Below are positions 11,376 through 22,295 of a DNA stretch of 39,287 nt, in pieces (within the stretch, counting starts at the first letter, position 1; each line of letters begins with the position of its first letter). Both the position numbers and the translations under genes were made by a program. Origin of the DNA: Octopus bimaculoides (Eukaryota). The stretch is from the NCBI RefSeq assembly GCF_001194135.2, contig NC_069008.1, positions 10,599,190 through 10,638,476 on the forward strand, written 5' to 3'. The notes below the pieces were generated by a model. That model saw nothing but the letters and a program-made list of their open reading frames with translations. It ran no database searches and was not told the DNA's origin.

Positions 11376-12816
11376 TCAGTTTTAATGATGTTAGCACAGA
11401 TCGTTCAGCAAATGCCATATCTGAACATATTTTTAAATGCATTGAAACACAGAAGTGTGGAAACAAATTAATTGCACAAACCTATGATGGTACCACTACA
11501 ATGGCAGGACAATTAAGTGGGTTGCAGTGAAAAGTAAGAGAGAAATATGAATGTGCAATCTTTGTTCATTGTTGTGCTCATGTCTTAAATTTAGTTATTT
11601 TGCAAACATGCTCTTCTATAAATGAATGCAAGATATTTTTCTGCGATAAATAGACTGGGCACATCTTTTATAAAATCACCTAAAAGGGGTCTGCATTAGA
11701 TGATATAGTTAAAAAAAAGATTTCCCGAAGCTGCAGGAACTAGATGGAACTACTCTTCATGTGTTGTTCTTATTAAAATAGAAAATTGTAATTTCATAAT
11801 CAGCCTTTTTGAAGACATCATTGAAAATCCTGAAGCAGTGGGATGAGACCACAATAAATCCTACTATTAGATTCTTACATAATTTAAAAGTCACCAATTT
11901 CTTATTTTATTAAAAGTAATTAGTGACATATTTCTTTCACTGATGTTAACGTCCTTCAAACTAAAAGTCATGACTTAGTGTATTGTAAAGAGCAAATAGA
12001 TAAAACTGGAACCATGTTCAAAAATAAACTCAATGATTTTTCAATATTTTATGATAGGAGGAAAATATGGAATTAATGCAGTGATTGAAATTAAGAGATC
12101 TAGGAATAAATTTATTGATCCCCTACATCATTATAGAATGCCTTACAACAAAAAATATTGGCACAATGGTTGACCAATTAAAAATACGACATTCATCCTT
12201 GGGAGGGCTTAAATTCATAGAACTTTTTCACTTAGTAAACGTGAGGAATATAGCAAAAAATTTCCAATGGATGCCTTAAATTCTTTAAAAACCACTTATG
12301 GTAGTTTGTTTGACATAATACAATGACAGAGTGAACTAAATGTTATGTATTCTATGCAACATTTTATAAAGTAAAATGTGAATGATTTAATGCATTACAT
12401 TTACATCAATAATCAATAATCTATGCCAGAACGCTTTGGAATCTTTGCAACCTTATTTTAACAACTCTGTCTACAACCGCCTCTGTAGAGTGGTCCTGTC
12501 CTGCATTGAAGAAAATTAAAGTTTACCAAAGAAATATGACAAGAAAGAAAAAACATTCAGGGTTGGCTCTTATGTCAATTGATTAACACAGAAAACAACT
12601 GATTAAAACAAAGTTTCTAAGAGAATGTAATAAATACATTCATCCTGAGAGATTGAAGAACTGAATTAATTTATTAATGAGGTGTGTCAATAATTTTTTG
12701 TGAATCTTTGAAAAATTTTTAAAACACATTAAAACACCAATCCTCATGACCATGTTATGAAACTAATTTGGTTCTCTTAAACAGTTTAAAAAATGAATCA
12801 GCTCAACCAATAAGTA

Positions 12817-14021
12817 CGAGGGTGGGCTGAAAAGTTCATAGGCTGACTATGAAAGAGTAATGCTAGAAATCTTACATGTATTCATTTCGACTCAACATAT
12901 TAATAATTGTATTGTTTCCTTTCAGGTAAACTGTTCACAGAAGACTTCAGAAGTAACTAATAGTAACTTCTCTCAAAAATAGATAAAATGTGACATTGTG
13001 GTGTTATCACATACTTTCAGAAAAAGCTTTTAGACCCCCAAGGACATTCATGCTGACATGGTTGCTACATTTCAGGATAATGCTCTAACTATATCAACAG
13101 TGTAAAAGTGGGCAGCTGAATTTAGGAAGGGAAGGGAGAGTCTTGAAGATGACCTAATGTCTGGATGTCCTACAACTGCCATCACCGAGGAAAACAGTGT
13201 TCACCACATGTTGATGGATAACAGGCAATTGACTATAGATCAAATAGCCAATGTTGTTAGCATATCCTGTAAGAGAGTAGTTGAGAATAATCTGCACAAT
13301 TTGACATGACAAAGGTTGATGCTCGATGGGTGCCATGTCTTCTGACACCTGATCAAAAGTGCACCCGGCTGCTCGCATAACAGGAAGATCTGACATTGTT
13401 TAAGGCAGATCCAGCTAGTCTCCTTGAAGTTGATCACTTTATGTCAAAGGCAAAGAGACAATCCATGCAGTGAAAATATCCCTCCTCACCTGCTTGAAAG
13501 AAAACCAAGGTCATTTCATTTGTAGAAAAGCTGATGGCCTCAGTTATTTGGTATCAAAATGCTTTGTGTTTATTGACTATCTTCAAAAGAACCACATCAT
13601 CAATGGAGAGACTATGTCAACTTACTGAGGCAGTTAACAAACACTCGGAAAAACTGATGAAAGGGATCTTCTTTGGTCAGGACAATGCTCCAGCATACAT
13701 GTCCTTGGTTTCAATGGCTGCTGTGCATAACTGTAGCTATGAATTGGTTGAATACTCTCCCAATTCTCCTATTTTGGGCCTATCTGACTATAATCTGTCT
13801 GCTAACATGAAAAACATTTAGCTGGGAACGAGTATCACAGTGATGATGACATCATATGTGCTGTTAATGACTTTTTTGATCAGCAGGATGAAAAACTTTT
13901 TCATCAATGAGGGAATAGGTGTGTGGAGCACAAGTGGGGACAATGTTGAAAAATAAACCTCATTTGGTTACATCTCATTAGAATATTTTGGTCAGCCTAT
14001 AAACTTTTCAGCTGCCCCTCG
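12817..14021 (+). mobile_element. Mariner transposon (1205 bp, internally deleted and inactive), nested in the hAT 3' end
   Basis: 31-bp TIRs cgagggtgggctgaaaagttcataggctgac and gtcagcctataaacttttcagctgcccctcg. TA at 12815-12816 and 14022-14023. Motifs KWAAEFRKGRESLEDD, ARWVPCLLT, QDNAPAY and YSPNSP..SDY. Confidence 0.93.
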
Positions 14022-14199
14022 TATTTATTGTATGACCAACTTCAAAAGTCACCACATGCCACTGGCGTCATTCACACACGGTAGTGTGTAAATAATATTC
14101 TTAAGGTCAACATTTACTCACTTGTGACCATTTCTAGGCTTTGTTATAACCAAATTAGATTATGTTTACATTTTTAGATTGGTCACATCCTGAGCTACA

Positions 14200-15040
14200 T
14201 TTTCAACTACAAAATTTGAAAATTACTTCTGTAGCAAAATAGTTTCAGTAAAGTATGCGAGGTCAAAAGAGGGAGAGTAACGCCTGAAATCAACTTTGAG
14301 TCCAAATATGTTTTTTTTTCTCAAAGAAATCTATATTTTATTTTAGCTTATATGATAGATCTCGGCGAGAAGAATCTATCCATGTTACTTATATGCAAAA
14401 ATATTCAGTAGCAAAAAAAATACTGAGGTAAAAACCAGGGAAAAAACAGAGATTAATGCCTGAAGTCGACTTTCACTCCAAATATTATTTTTATTTCAGA
14501 AGAAAACTATATCTGAATTCAACTTTTCTGATAGATCTTCACTTGAGGAATCCAATGATGCCAACTATATCAACAAAAAATTTTAAATAAAAGACTACTG
14601 GGGCTAAATGTACCAAAAAAAGTGGTAACATCTAAAATCAAATTTAAAACAACCAATTTTAGTTAATGTTTACAACTTGACCTGGAAACTAAAATCAGAA
14701 AAAAAATAGTGCAATGGGTGTGAAAAAATATGTAGGAAACGAATATGAAAAAAAAAGAAAATGTGTGCAAAGCAATGGGAGGGTGAGAAAGCACCTTGGA
14801 AAATTCATAAGATATGAGTCTTTTCCTCATAATTTTTTAGAAAAATGGGGTTTTTTTTCAATAAAATTTTATAGAAATACCTTTCAAACAGCATACATTA
14901 CGATTATAAAGAAATTTGTGCGTAAAATCTTTTCCAAAGGGGTGATGAGAGGACCTCGGAAAATTCACAAGATCCAAGTTTTGTAACTTTTTAGAAAAAT
15001 GGGGTTTTTTCAATGAAATTTTATATAAAGATCTCTCAAA
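14200..15040. repeat. Probable non-autonomous DNA-transposon remnant with internal subrepeats
   Basis: Duplicated ~120-bp modules (gcctgaa.tc.acttt..tccaaatat..tgatagatct) at ~14280 and ~14455. The module tttttagaaaaatgggg..aaattttata occurs at ~14832 and ~14988 and is related to 35544-35815. Confidence 0.5.
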
Positions 15041-15289
15041 TGGCAATATGCTGTGCTTGAGAGGACTTGTTGAGCCAAATGCACCTGTGCTGGTGACATG
15101 TAAAGAACACCTTTTGAGCGTTGGGTCTCATGGAGGCAAAGTGGCTGAGTTCCTTTCGAGTGTTGGGCTTCATGGAGGCATTGACTGAGACCTTTGGCAT
15201 TGTGTCATGCTTGAGAAGATCCATGAAGCCGAGCAAAATTGCAGTCATGGCAGATGCTGGTTTCATGCAAATTGTCACCCATATCAGTG

Positions 15290-15505
15290 GCACATAAAAG
15301 CACCTCAGTGTCACGCAAATGGCACCCATACTGGTGGTACATAAAAGCACCCATTGCACTCTTGGAGTGGTTGGCTTTCGGAAGGGAATTCAGCCATAGA
15401 AAACCATGCCAAATCAGACTGGAGTCTGGTGCAGCCTTCAAGTGCACCAGCCTGGTCAAACAGTCCAATCCATGCGAACATGGACAACAGACATTAAATG
15501 ATGAT
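15290..15505 (+). mobile_element. Abundant RTE-tail SINE-like repeat (ggcacataaaagcac.. / ..gacattaaatgatgat)
   Basis: Homologous copies at 16345-16560, 16765-17000 and, reversed, 31062-31510. Confidence 0.7.
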
Positions 15506-15733
15506 AATATATATATAGCAATAATAAATCTCTGAGCGAGATATAAACAGTAGCCGCACGACATTGTGAAGTATATTTAGCACCAAAATGTGGCGGACTC
15601 ATAAGGGATGATGCTACTGTGGTTTATAGCCCCAGGAAGATATCTCCTCCAGCTGGCTATTGATACACTATCTGTGCCCTATCAGTATTTACAAAGGGGA
15701 AATCATCGTTCCCATCTCCAGCCTGATGTGATA

Positions 15734-15778
15734 CACATGGACACGAGTTTCTGGATAATGACCCGTCATCAATGTGTG
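15734..15778 (-). ncRNA. Second hammerhead copy (C3-to-U core variant)
   Basis: Minus strand reads cacaca-TTGATGA-cgggt catt atcca-GAAA-c tcgt GTC-catgtg. Confidence 0.7.
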
Positions 15779-16104
15779 ACAACCACTGGCTGGGGATGAG
15801 AAGTGATGAGTCCATGTGTATCACGTCAGGCTGGAGATGGGAACGATGATTTCCCTTTGTAAATACTGATTGGGCACAGACAGTGTCAATAGCCAGCTGA
15901 AGGAGATGTCTTCCTGGGGCTATAAACAACAGTAGCATCGTCCCTTATAGGTCAGCCACATTTCTGTGGCTGCTACTGTTTATATCTCACTCAGAGATTT
16001 ATTATTGCTTGTTTCTCCTTTATCGAGATCAGTGACTTTTCGTAACTGGAAAAAGTATATGTATTTGCATTGAAAATCATTTCTCATCCCCAGCCACTGG
16101 TTGT

Positions 16105-16149
16105 CACACGCTGATGACAGGTTATTACCCAGAAACTTGGGTCCATGTG
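16105..16149 (+). ncRNA. Minimal type I hammerhead ribozyme motif
   Basis: cacacg-CTGATGA(16111-16117)-caggt tatt accca-GAAA(16132-16135)-c ttgg GTC(16141-16143)-catgtg. Stem I pairs 5 of 6 positions, stem II has 3 bp, stem III has 2 bp with a 4-nt loop. Confidence 0.82.
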
Positions 16150-16276
16150 TATCACATCAGGCTGGAGATGGGAACGATGATTTCCCCTTTGCAAATACTG
16201 ATAGGGCACAGACAGTGTGTCAATAGCTATTGTCCCTTATGGATCAGCCACATTTAGGTGTCAAATATACTTCATG

Positions 16277-16344
<68 letters not shown>

Positions 16345-16346
<2 letters not shown>

Positions 16347-16560
16347 TGACCCTGCCAGTGCTGGTGTCCCATACAAAGGATCCAGTCTACACCGTAAATT
16401 GGTTGGCATTTGGCAGGGCATCCAGCTGTAAAAACCGTGACAAAATTAACCTTACCAGTGCTGGTGTCATGTAAAAAGCACTCAGTACACTCTGTGGGGT
16501 GGTTGGTGTTAGGAAGGGCATCTAGTCATATAAACCATGCCAAAACTGAATATCATAACA
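16345..16560 (+). mobile_element. RTE-tail SINE-like repeat fragments
   Basis: ttggcagggcatccagctgtaaaaacc and ttaggaagggcatctagtcatataaaccatgccaaa, homologous to 15370-15420. Confidence 0.65.
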
Positions 16561-16764
16561 ACACCCTATACCATGCTGGATGTAAGGATTTGATTAGGTA
16601 CTTCCCTATATTGACTGATCCTTCCCTCACCCCCGAACCCAGCACAACAGATACCTCTACCATCCTTGTTGTTATTACTAACTTGAGAAATGACAAAATG
16701 AATTTAATATTCTGACCTGGAAACCCTAGGGAACTGAATTTCATGTGGTTTTTGTGTACTTTTT

Positions 16765-17000
16765 ATTTATGATAGTGGTTGGTATTTGTAAGGGCACCCA
16801 GCCATGAAAACCATGCCAAAACAGACCTGGCTGGTACTAGTGCCACATTAAAAGCTCCCAATCCACTCTGTAAAATGGTTGGTTTTAGAAACAGCATCCA
16901 GCTGTAAAAACCATGCAAAAATGGACAGTGGAACTTGGTCCTGTCAAACCGTCCAAGCCATGCCCTCATGGAAGATGGACATTAAATGATGATGACGTTA
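16765..17000 (+). mobile_element. RTE-tail SINE-like repeat
   Basis: Ends ccatgccctcatggaagatggacattaaatgatgatga. Confidence 0.7.
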
Positions 17001-17019
17001 TGATGGTGTGTGTGTGTGT

Positions 17020-17165
17020 GTAGGCATGGTGTTGAGAAAATCCACTCCACAACAAACTATATGGTTCCAGATTTGATCCCATTGTGTGGCAACTTTGGCA
17101 AACATCTATAGCTTCAGGTTGACCAGTACTAAGTGAATGGAATTCCACAGACAGAAACTGTCAAG
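17020..17165 (+). mobile_element. Decayed SINE (ttgggcaagtgtcttctactatagc family)
   Basis: Reverse homologue of the better-preserved copies at 21901-22058 and 30375-30522. Confidence 0.6.
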
Positions 17166-17692
17166 AAAGATGAAGATGTTTTAGTATTTAACAATCCAAA
17201 TATAACGAGTTTAAAGAATGATAATTGCAAGATTAGTTTGACTATTATACAGTATGTGTGAAACAACGTTAATAGTTTCAGAAGTGGAGATCTGTGTTGT
17301 CTTCATAAAATATAGCAATCTACAGCAGTCGTCTCTCAAGTTTGAACAAAAGGGCAGAATTAGTAATTTCTTATAGCCATTTCCATTGCAATTTATTGAG
17401 GAATTTACAGCTTTCAGCTGGTTAGCAAATTTTATTTCTTCTGTAATAGATTTAACATCACCTGAAGGATGGATTCTTATTTCTAAAACAGTTTACCAAT
17501 ATTAAAACTTTATGAATAAGAGTCAGTATCCCTGCTCACAGCACAAAATGTTTTCTTTTCTTCTTTCTTTATTATTTATTTTTGGCACAAAGTACTAAAG
17601 AGGTTATTTGCTTCATGTACTTTTTACTATAAAAGTTACTCCACATTATTTTATTCTTGACACACACACATATATATACATGCATATATATT

Positions 17693-17740
<48 letters not shown>

Positions 17741-18529
17741 TGTGTCTGAACATACTAATACATATATGCATATATATATGTGTGTGTGTATATATATATA
17801 TATACAAATTAATATAATCAACCATGTGCAATGTGTTACCACGAAAGAAAAATATAGTTATTAAATGTGACTAAGGGTGTGAAGACACTTACATTGCTAG
17901 AAATAAGAGTTTATAGCTGCTGTCATTGGCTGTTCAAGTGCATATTATTAAATGGAAAAACACTTAGTATGAATCACCATAAGACATTTTTGTGTCTAAA
18001 TATAGTGTTTATTCTGTGTTCATCTTTTGTGGTGGAAGCATGTAGTATGATACTAAAACAGGTGTGTTTACATACAAAGAAAGTTTTGATTTTTGCTTTT
18101 GCACTGAAAGAAGTAACATATAATGTTTGTATTACAGTATGTATGCATGTGTGTAATGAGAACAGTCATTTTGAGAATGTGTGTGTGATAAAATATCTTC
18201 GTTTACAAACCGTATATCTTGTGTCGAGGTGAATAGACATGTGAGTCACATGTGGGAGATTACATGTAAAGCTGCAATGAAGGCATATGTCTTTGATCAA
18301 AGCCTGGCAGGAACTGAGACCATTTCTACAGTGTAGCTCAGAACGAGGCTACTGTATCAAAGCAAGGCTAGTATATCAAAGTGAGGCTAGCCGCTTCATC
18401 GATATATTCATCTGCTGGCTGTGCAGGTCAACTCATATATTACTATGTCTAAGTTATGTAGCTCTGCTACAAGCTAAAATGCCCTAGTGTGTAGTAAAAA
18501 CACATAATTGCATACATATCTGTTCACAG

Positions 18530-18706
18530 GGGCTGCAATTGCCCAAAAACTTCGACTCGAGAATTTCCTATACTGAATGTTCAGTTTCAGCTATTTCCAT
18601 AGCCTCTTCAGTAAGGACCACTCGTTCGGCTATTTCTGGGCTTAATCCACCATCAGCATATATGTATTTACCAAAAAAATTCATGGATGATTTAGCAAAT
18701 AGCTAA
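18530..18706. other. Candidate host-gene coding exon, strand unresolved
   Basis: Non-repetitive island with balanced GC. Plus strand: ttcacag|GLQLPKNF..DDLANS* (18530-18706). Minus strand: ag|LFAKSS..YADGGLSPEIAERVVLTEEAMEIAETEHS|gt (18574-18702, 129 nt). Confidence 0.3.
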
Positions 18707-19279
18707 TGTGTGAGTGTGTGTGTGTGTGTGTGTGNNNNNNNNNNNNNNNNNNNNNNNNNNNNNNNNNNNNNNNNNNNNNNNNNNNNNNNNNNNNNNNNNN
18801 NNNNNNNNNNNNNNNNNNNNNNNNNNNNNNNNNNATATATATATATATGTATATATATATATATGTATATGTGTGTATATATGTGTATGTATGTATATAT
18901 GAATAAGTATACGGGTAAATTGTATGTATGCATATGTATACGGGTAAAGGAACGGGTAATATGGTATAGTAAAAAGAAATAAACAAATTAATTAATCTAG
19001 TGGAAATTCACAGGAGAGCAATAAAAATAGAAAATTAAGGAGTTATCTCCCCCTATAATAACAGAAAGACGAAATCTAACGGGATTTTAAGAATTTAATG
19101 ATCGTTATGTATGCGTTTTTTCGTGTTTTGTTCCGATGGTAATCACTCCTGAAGAAGTGCCACATGTCAAAATCCAATGGACCAGTCACTGGANNNNNNN
19201 NNNATATGTTTGTGTGTGCATATGCATACATACATAAGTTTTGATTTTGGCATAAAGCTGGTAATTTCAGGAGAGAGAA

Positions 19280-19450
19280 TAAGTCAATTACATTGATCCC
19301 ATTGGTCAACTGGTACTTATTTTATCGCCCCTGAAAGGATGAAAGGCATAGTTGATCTTGGCAGAATTTCGATTCAGAACATAAAAATGGACAAAATGGC
19401 AATAAATATTTTGTCTGGCCTGGTGACAGTTTTTCTGGCTCACTACTGAA
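19280..19450 (-). mobile_element. SINE (ttcatcctttcaggggcgataaaataagtacc core)
   Basis: Reverse homologue of 8170-8260. Confidence 0.75.
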
Positions 19451-21129
19451 CATACATAAATATTAATGTATGTATATATGTTTACATGCATATATATGTC
19501 TGAGTGTGTGTGTTTATTACACATATATACACAAATGCACCCATAATCCTGAGAATTGAGCTACCAAGTCTAAATGATGAAATTTGAATGTTAAAGAAAA
19601 TAAAAGACTGTTTTGGGGAAAATAATAAATGGAACTGTTAACTCTCAATCATTCTCTTCAGAACATTAAAGAAGTTATTATGGTAGACTTTTCAGAATCT
19701 ATAAACAAAATTTGTGGAAATGGGATTATAGATTACAGACATCAGATTCCCTTCTCTGATTTATATATCCTTACTAAATTCACTGTACTAGGAGGTCAAG
19801 ATATCATCAAGTGATGGAATATATTAATCTATGAGAACACAATTTAGGAGAGATAATTGCTGTCTAACATCTTTATTTGTTGGCCAGAAGTGAAAGAGAT
19901 GTGCTTAAAATAACTAGAAGAGATATCAAGGGAATCACGACTGGGTGCAAAGTAACAGTGTGTAGAATTTTAAATTATCTGCCTTTTCTATTGCTTTTGA
20001 GAAATATCAGGTTTACTCTGGTAAAAGTGAATTCAATAAATAAAAAAATGAAAGTGAATTACTTTGAATGCAATAATTTGGGGTTAGATTAAAAATTAAA
20101 AATTTGTTAGGAAAAGAGTATATTACATAAATAAAGAAGGAAGAGAGAGAATACCTAAATATGTAACATAGCATTAATTTATTTATACCCAGAAAAGAGA
20201 ACTACCTATAATAGATCACAAAATAATGTCTATGTTCCTCCCTGTGAGGTTCCAGGCAACCTTCACTTACAATGTGCAGTCTTTTCTCATATTTAAAAGG
20301 ATGAATGCAATTATGTGACCTGTCTCTGAAATTTGTAGCAGAAGCACCTCTGTACAAATAGACATTTCAGGTGTTTTAACTGAGCACTTGTATATTATAT
20401 CCTTCCTTAGACATTGGTTATCTAGGGGGAGGCCTCACTTATTCTTTTAGTATTATTATTATTAGTCAGAAGAGATGCTAAAATATCATCACCCCATTAT
20501 TTGTACTTAGTAATCTATTAAAGGTAGATCTAGATTGGTCTATACACCTGGAATAAAGATATGTGCATTCATTCATTCTTAAGATGTTCAGTTTTATAAA
20601 GTTAAGAGATGGTATAATATCAAATGAATTATGTGTAATGGAGTGTGCAAACTTCACTATATGTCTATTGAATATCTTACTTTATGTGTTAGAAGGGGTA
20701 AAATGTCTGCCTAATGCCTTAAAGAACATTCCTAGAATGTCTGAAATTGTAGAGTAATCTTCATTTTTCATTATGTGGATAGTCTTTACCTTACTTTTCC
20801 TATTATTAGCCAAGTTATTATTAATCATATTGTTATAATCATTCATATTACTATGACTCTTTTTACTTCAATGCACCAGCAAATATATTATACTGTCTCT
20901 AGGTGTTTTTGTAGTATTTACCTTTGGAATATACCGGATCCTGTCCTATCTGAAGCAATATTATAATATTCCTCTTTCTTTTAGAAAAATCTCCTACTTA
21001 GCTAAAAGCCTTGATATTTCAAGTGAAATTCTTCTAATTATGAAATTAAACACAATTCTTGGATGGTTGGATTTTCAATTGATATAATGGAGGCTTTCAT
21101 TAGGTTTATTATATGGATGATGAATTTCA

Positions 21130-21525
21130 GTACCAAGGTTCAATGGCAGTGAATAGTTGAATGGCTTGAATTGAGCTTGCTTGCCAATTCTTTAACTGAC
21201 ACAGCATCATCCTTCTCAAGTTCTGACAGAAGAGGCTGATGATCAAATTCAACAGGATGTCTTGTTTGTGGCCTTTCTCTTCGGCTGAAATCACCCTCTT
21301 TGAACTTTGTAAACCATCTTCTGCACTTCTCTCATCCAAGCACTCTTAACCACAAACAGAACAGATGCTGCTCTATTTCCCTTTTTGAACTCACAAAGCA
21401 TAAATGTACCTTAAACGCTCTTTCAATACATCCATCTTTGAGGGGTTAATATTAGTATTTACTTCAGTTAGATTATTTTGTTAAAAGAAATTATATTAAG
21501 CTAAAGGTTTCCAAATTCATGAATC
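21130..21525 (-). mobile_element. Mariner 5' fragment (HTH region)
   Basis: Minus frame reads RWFTKFKEGDFS..HPVEFD..VKELASKLNSSHSTIHCH. Boundaries are approximate. Confidence 0.75.
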
Positions 21526-21900
21526 TCAATACCATTTATCATTTTAGAATACTGTAAAATTTGATAGAAATTACATATATGATATTTCAGATATTATTTA
21601 TGGGAAGACCTGATATATCTACCAGCTCAATGACAAAAACCACTCATAGCCATCTTTGATAGGCAACTTCAACAATACCTTTGTTTCAGCTGCTGTTGAA
21701 ACCACAGTTTTAGTGGTAAACCAGCCTGAGCACTTACATTACATACCTATTACGAAGTTTTGACTATTAGACAAAAGTTTTTTTAAATATACATACATGT
21801 ATACATATATGTTTACAAACACCCACACGCATACACACACACACACGCACACACACACACACACACACAAACACATATATATATATACACACATATATAC

Positions 21901-22171
<271 letters not shown>

Positions 22172-22295
22172 ATGGGCTTCATTTCTGTCTATCAAATCCA
22201 CTCACAAGGCTTTGGTTGACTCGAGGCTATAGTAGAAGACAGTTGCCCAAGTTGCCATGCAGTGGAACTGAACCTGGAACCATGTAGTTGGGAAG
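22172..22295 (-). mobile_element. SINE copy (tandem neighbour, 5' truncated by the CR1 end)
   Basis: Same sequence family as 21901-22058, separated from it by (TA)n. Confidence 0.85.

Larger units (their letters stand above)
8440..14064 (+). mobile_element. Decayed hAT transposon (ZMYM1-like/DUF4371 transposase) with two nested insertions
   Basis: TTF zinc-finger-like LF*WPCLLFS..KH (~9180-9300). QELTFQGH..IQNDLI (ORF 9416-9637). AQTYDG..FVHCCAHVLNL..TRWN (11470-11760). Dimerisation domain TTASVE..ALKKIK (~12470-12540). Right end ...aaaagtcaccacatgccactg at 14064. The left end near 8440 is degenerate and inferred. Confidence 0.88.
15518..16276. mobile_element. Hammerhead-containing non-coding retroelement (non-LTR retrozyme or Penelope pseudo-LTR-like): inverted partial unit, full 331-nt unit, partial unit
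   Basis: Three homologous copies: 15518-15807 (-), 15808-16143 (+) and 16144-16276 (+). Flanked by (TA)n on both sides. Hammerhead cores are present in two copies. Confidence 0.8.

Noticed and set aside
10929-11471. 180-aa ORF
   Set aside because: Low-complexity and T-rich, runs across the insertion/hAT boundary in a non-transposase frame, and has no recognisable motif.
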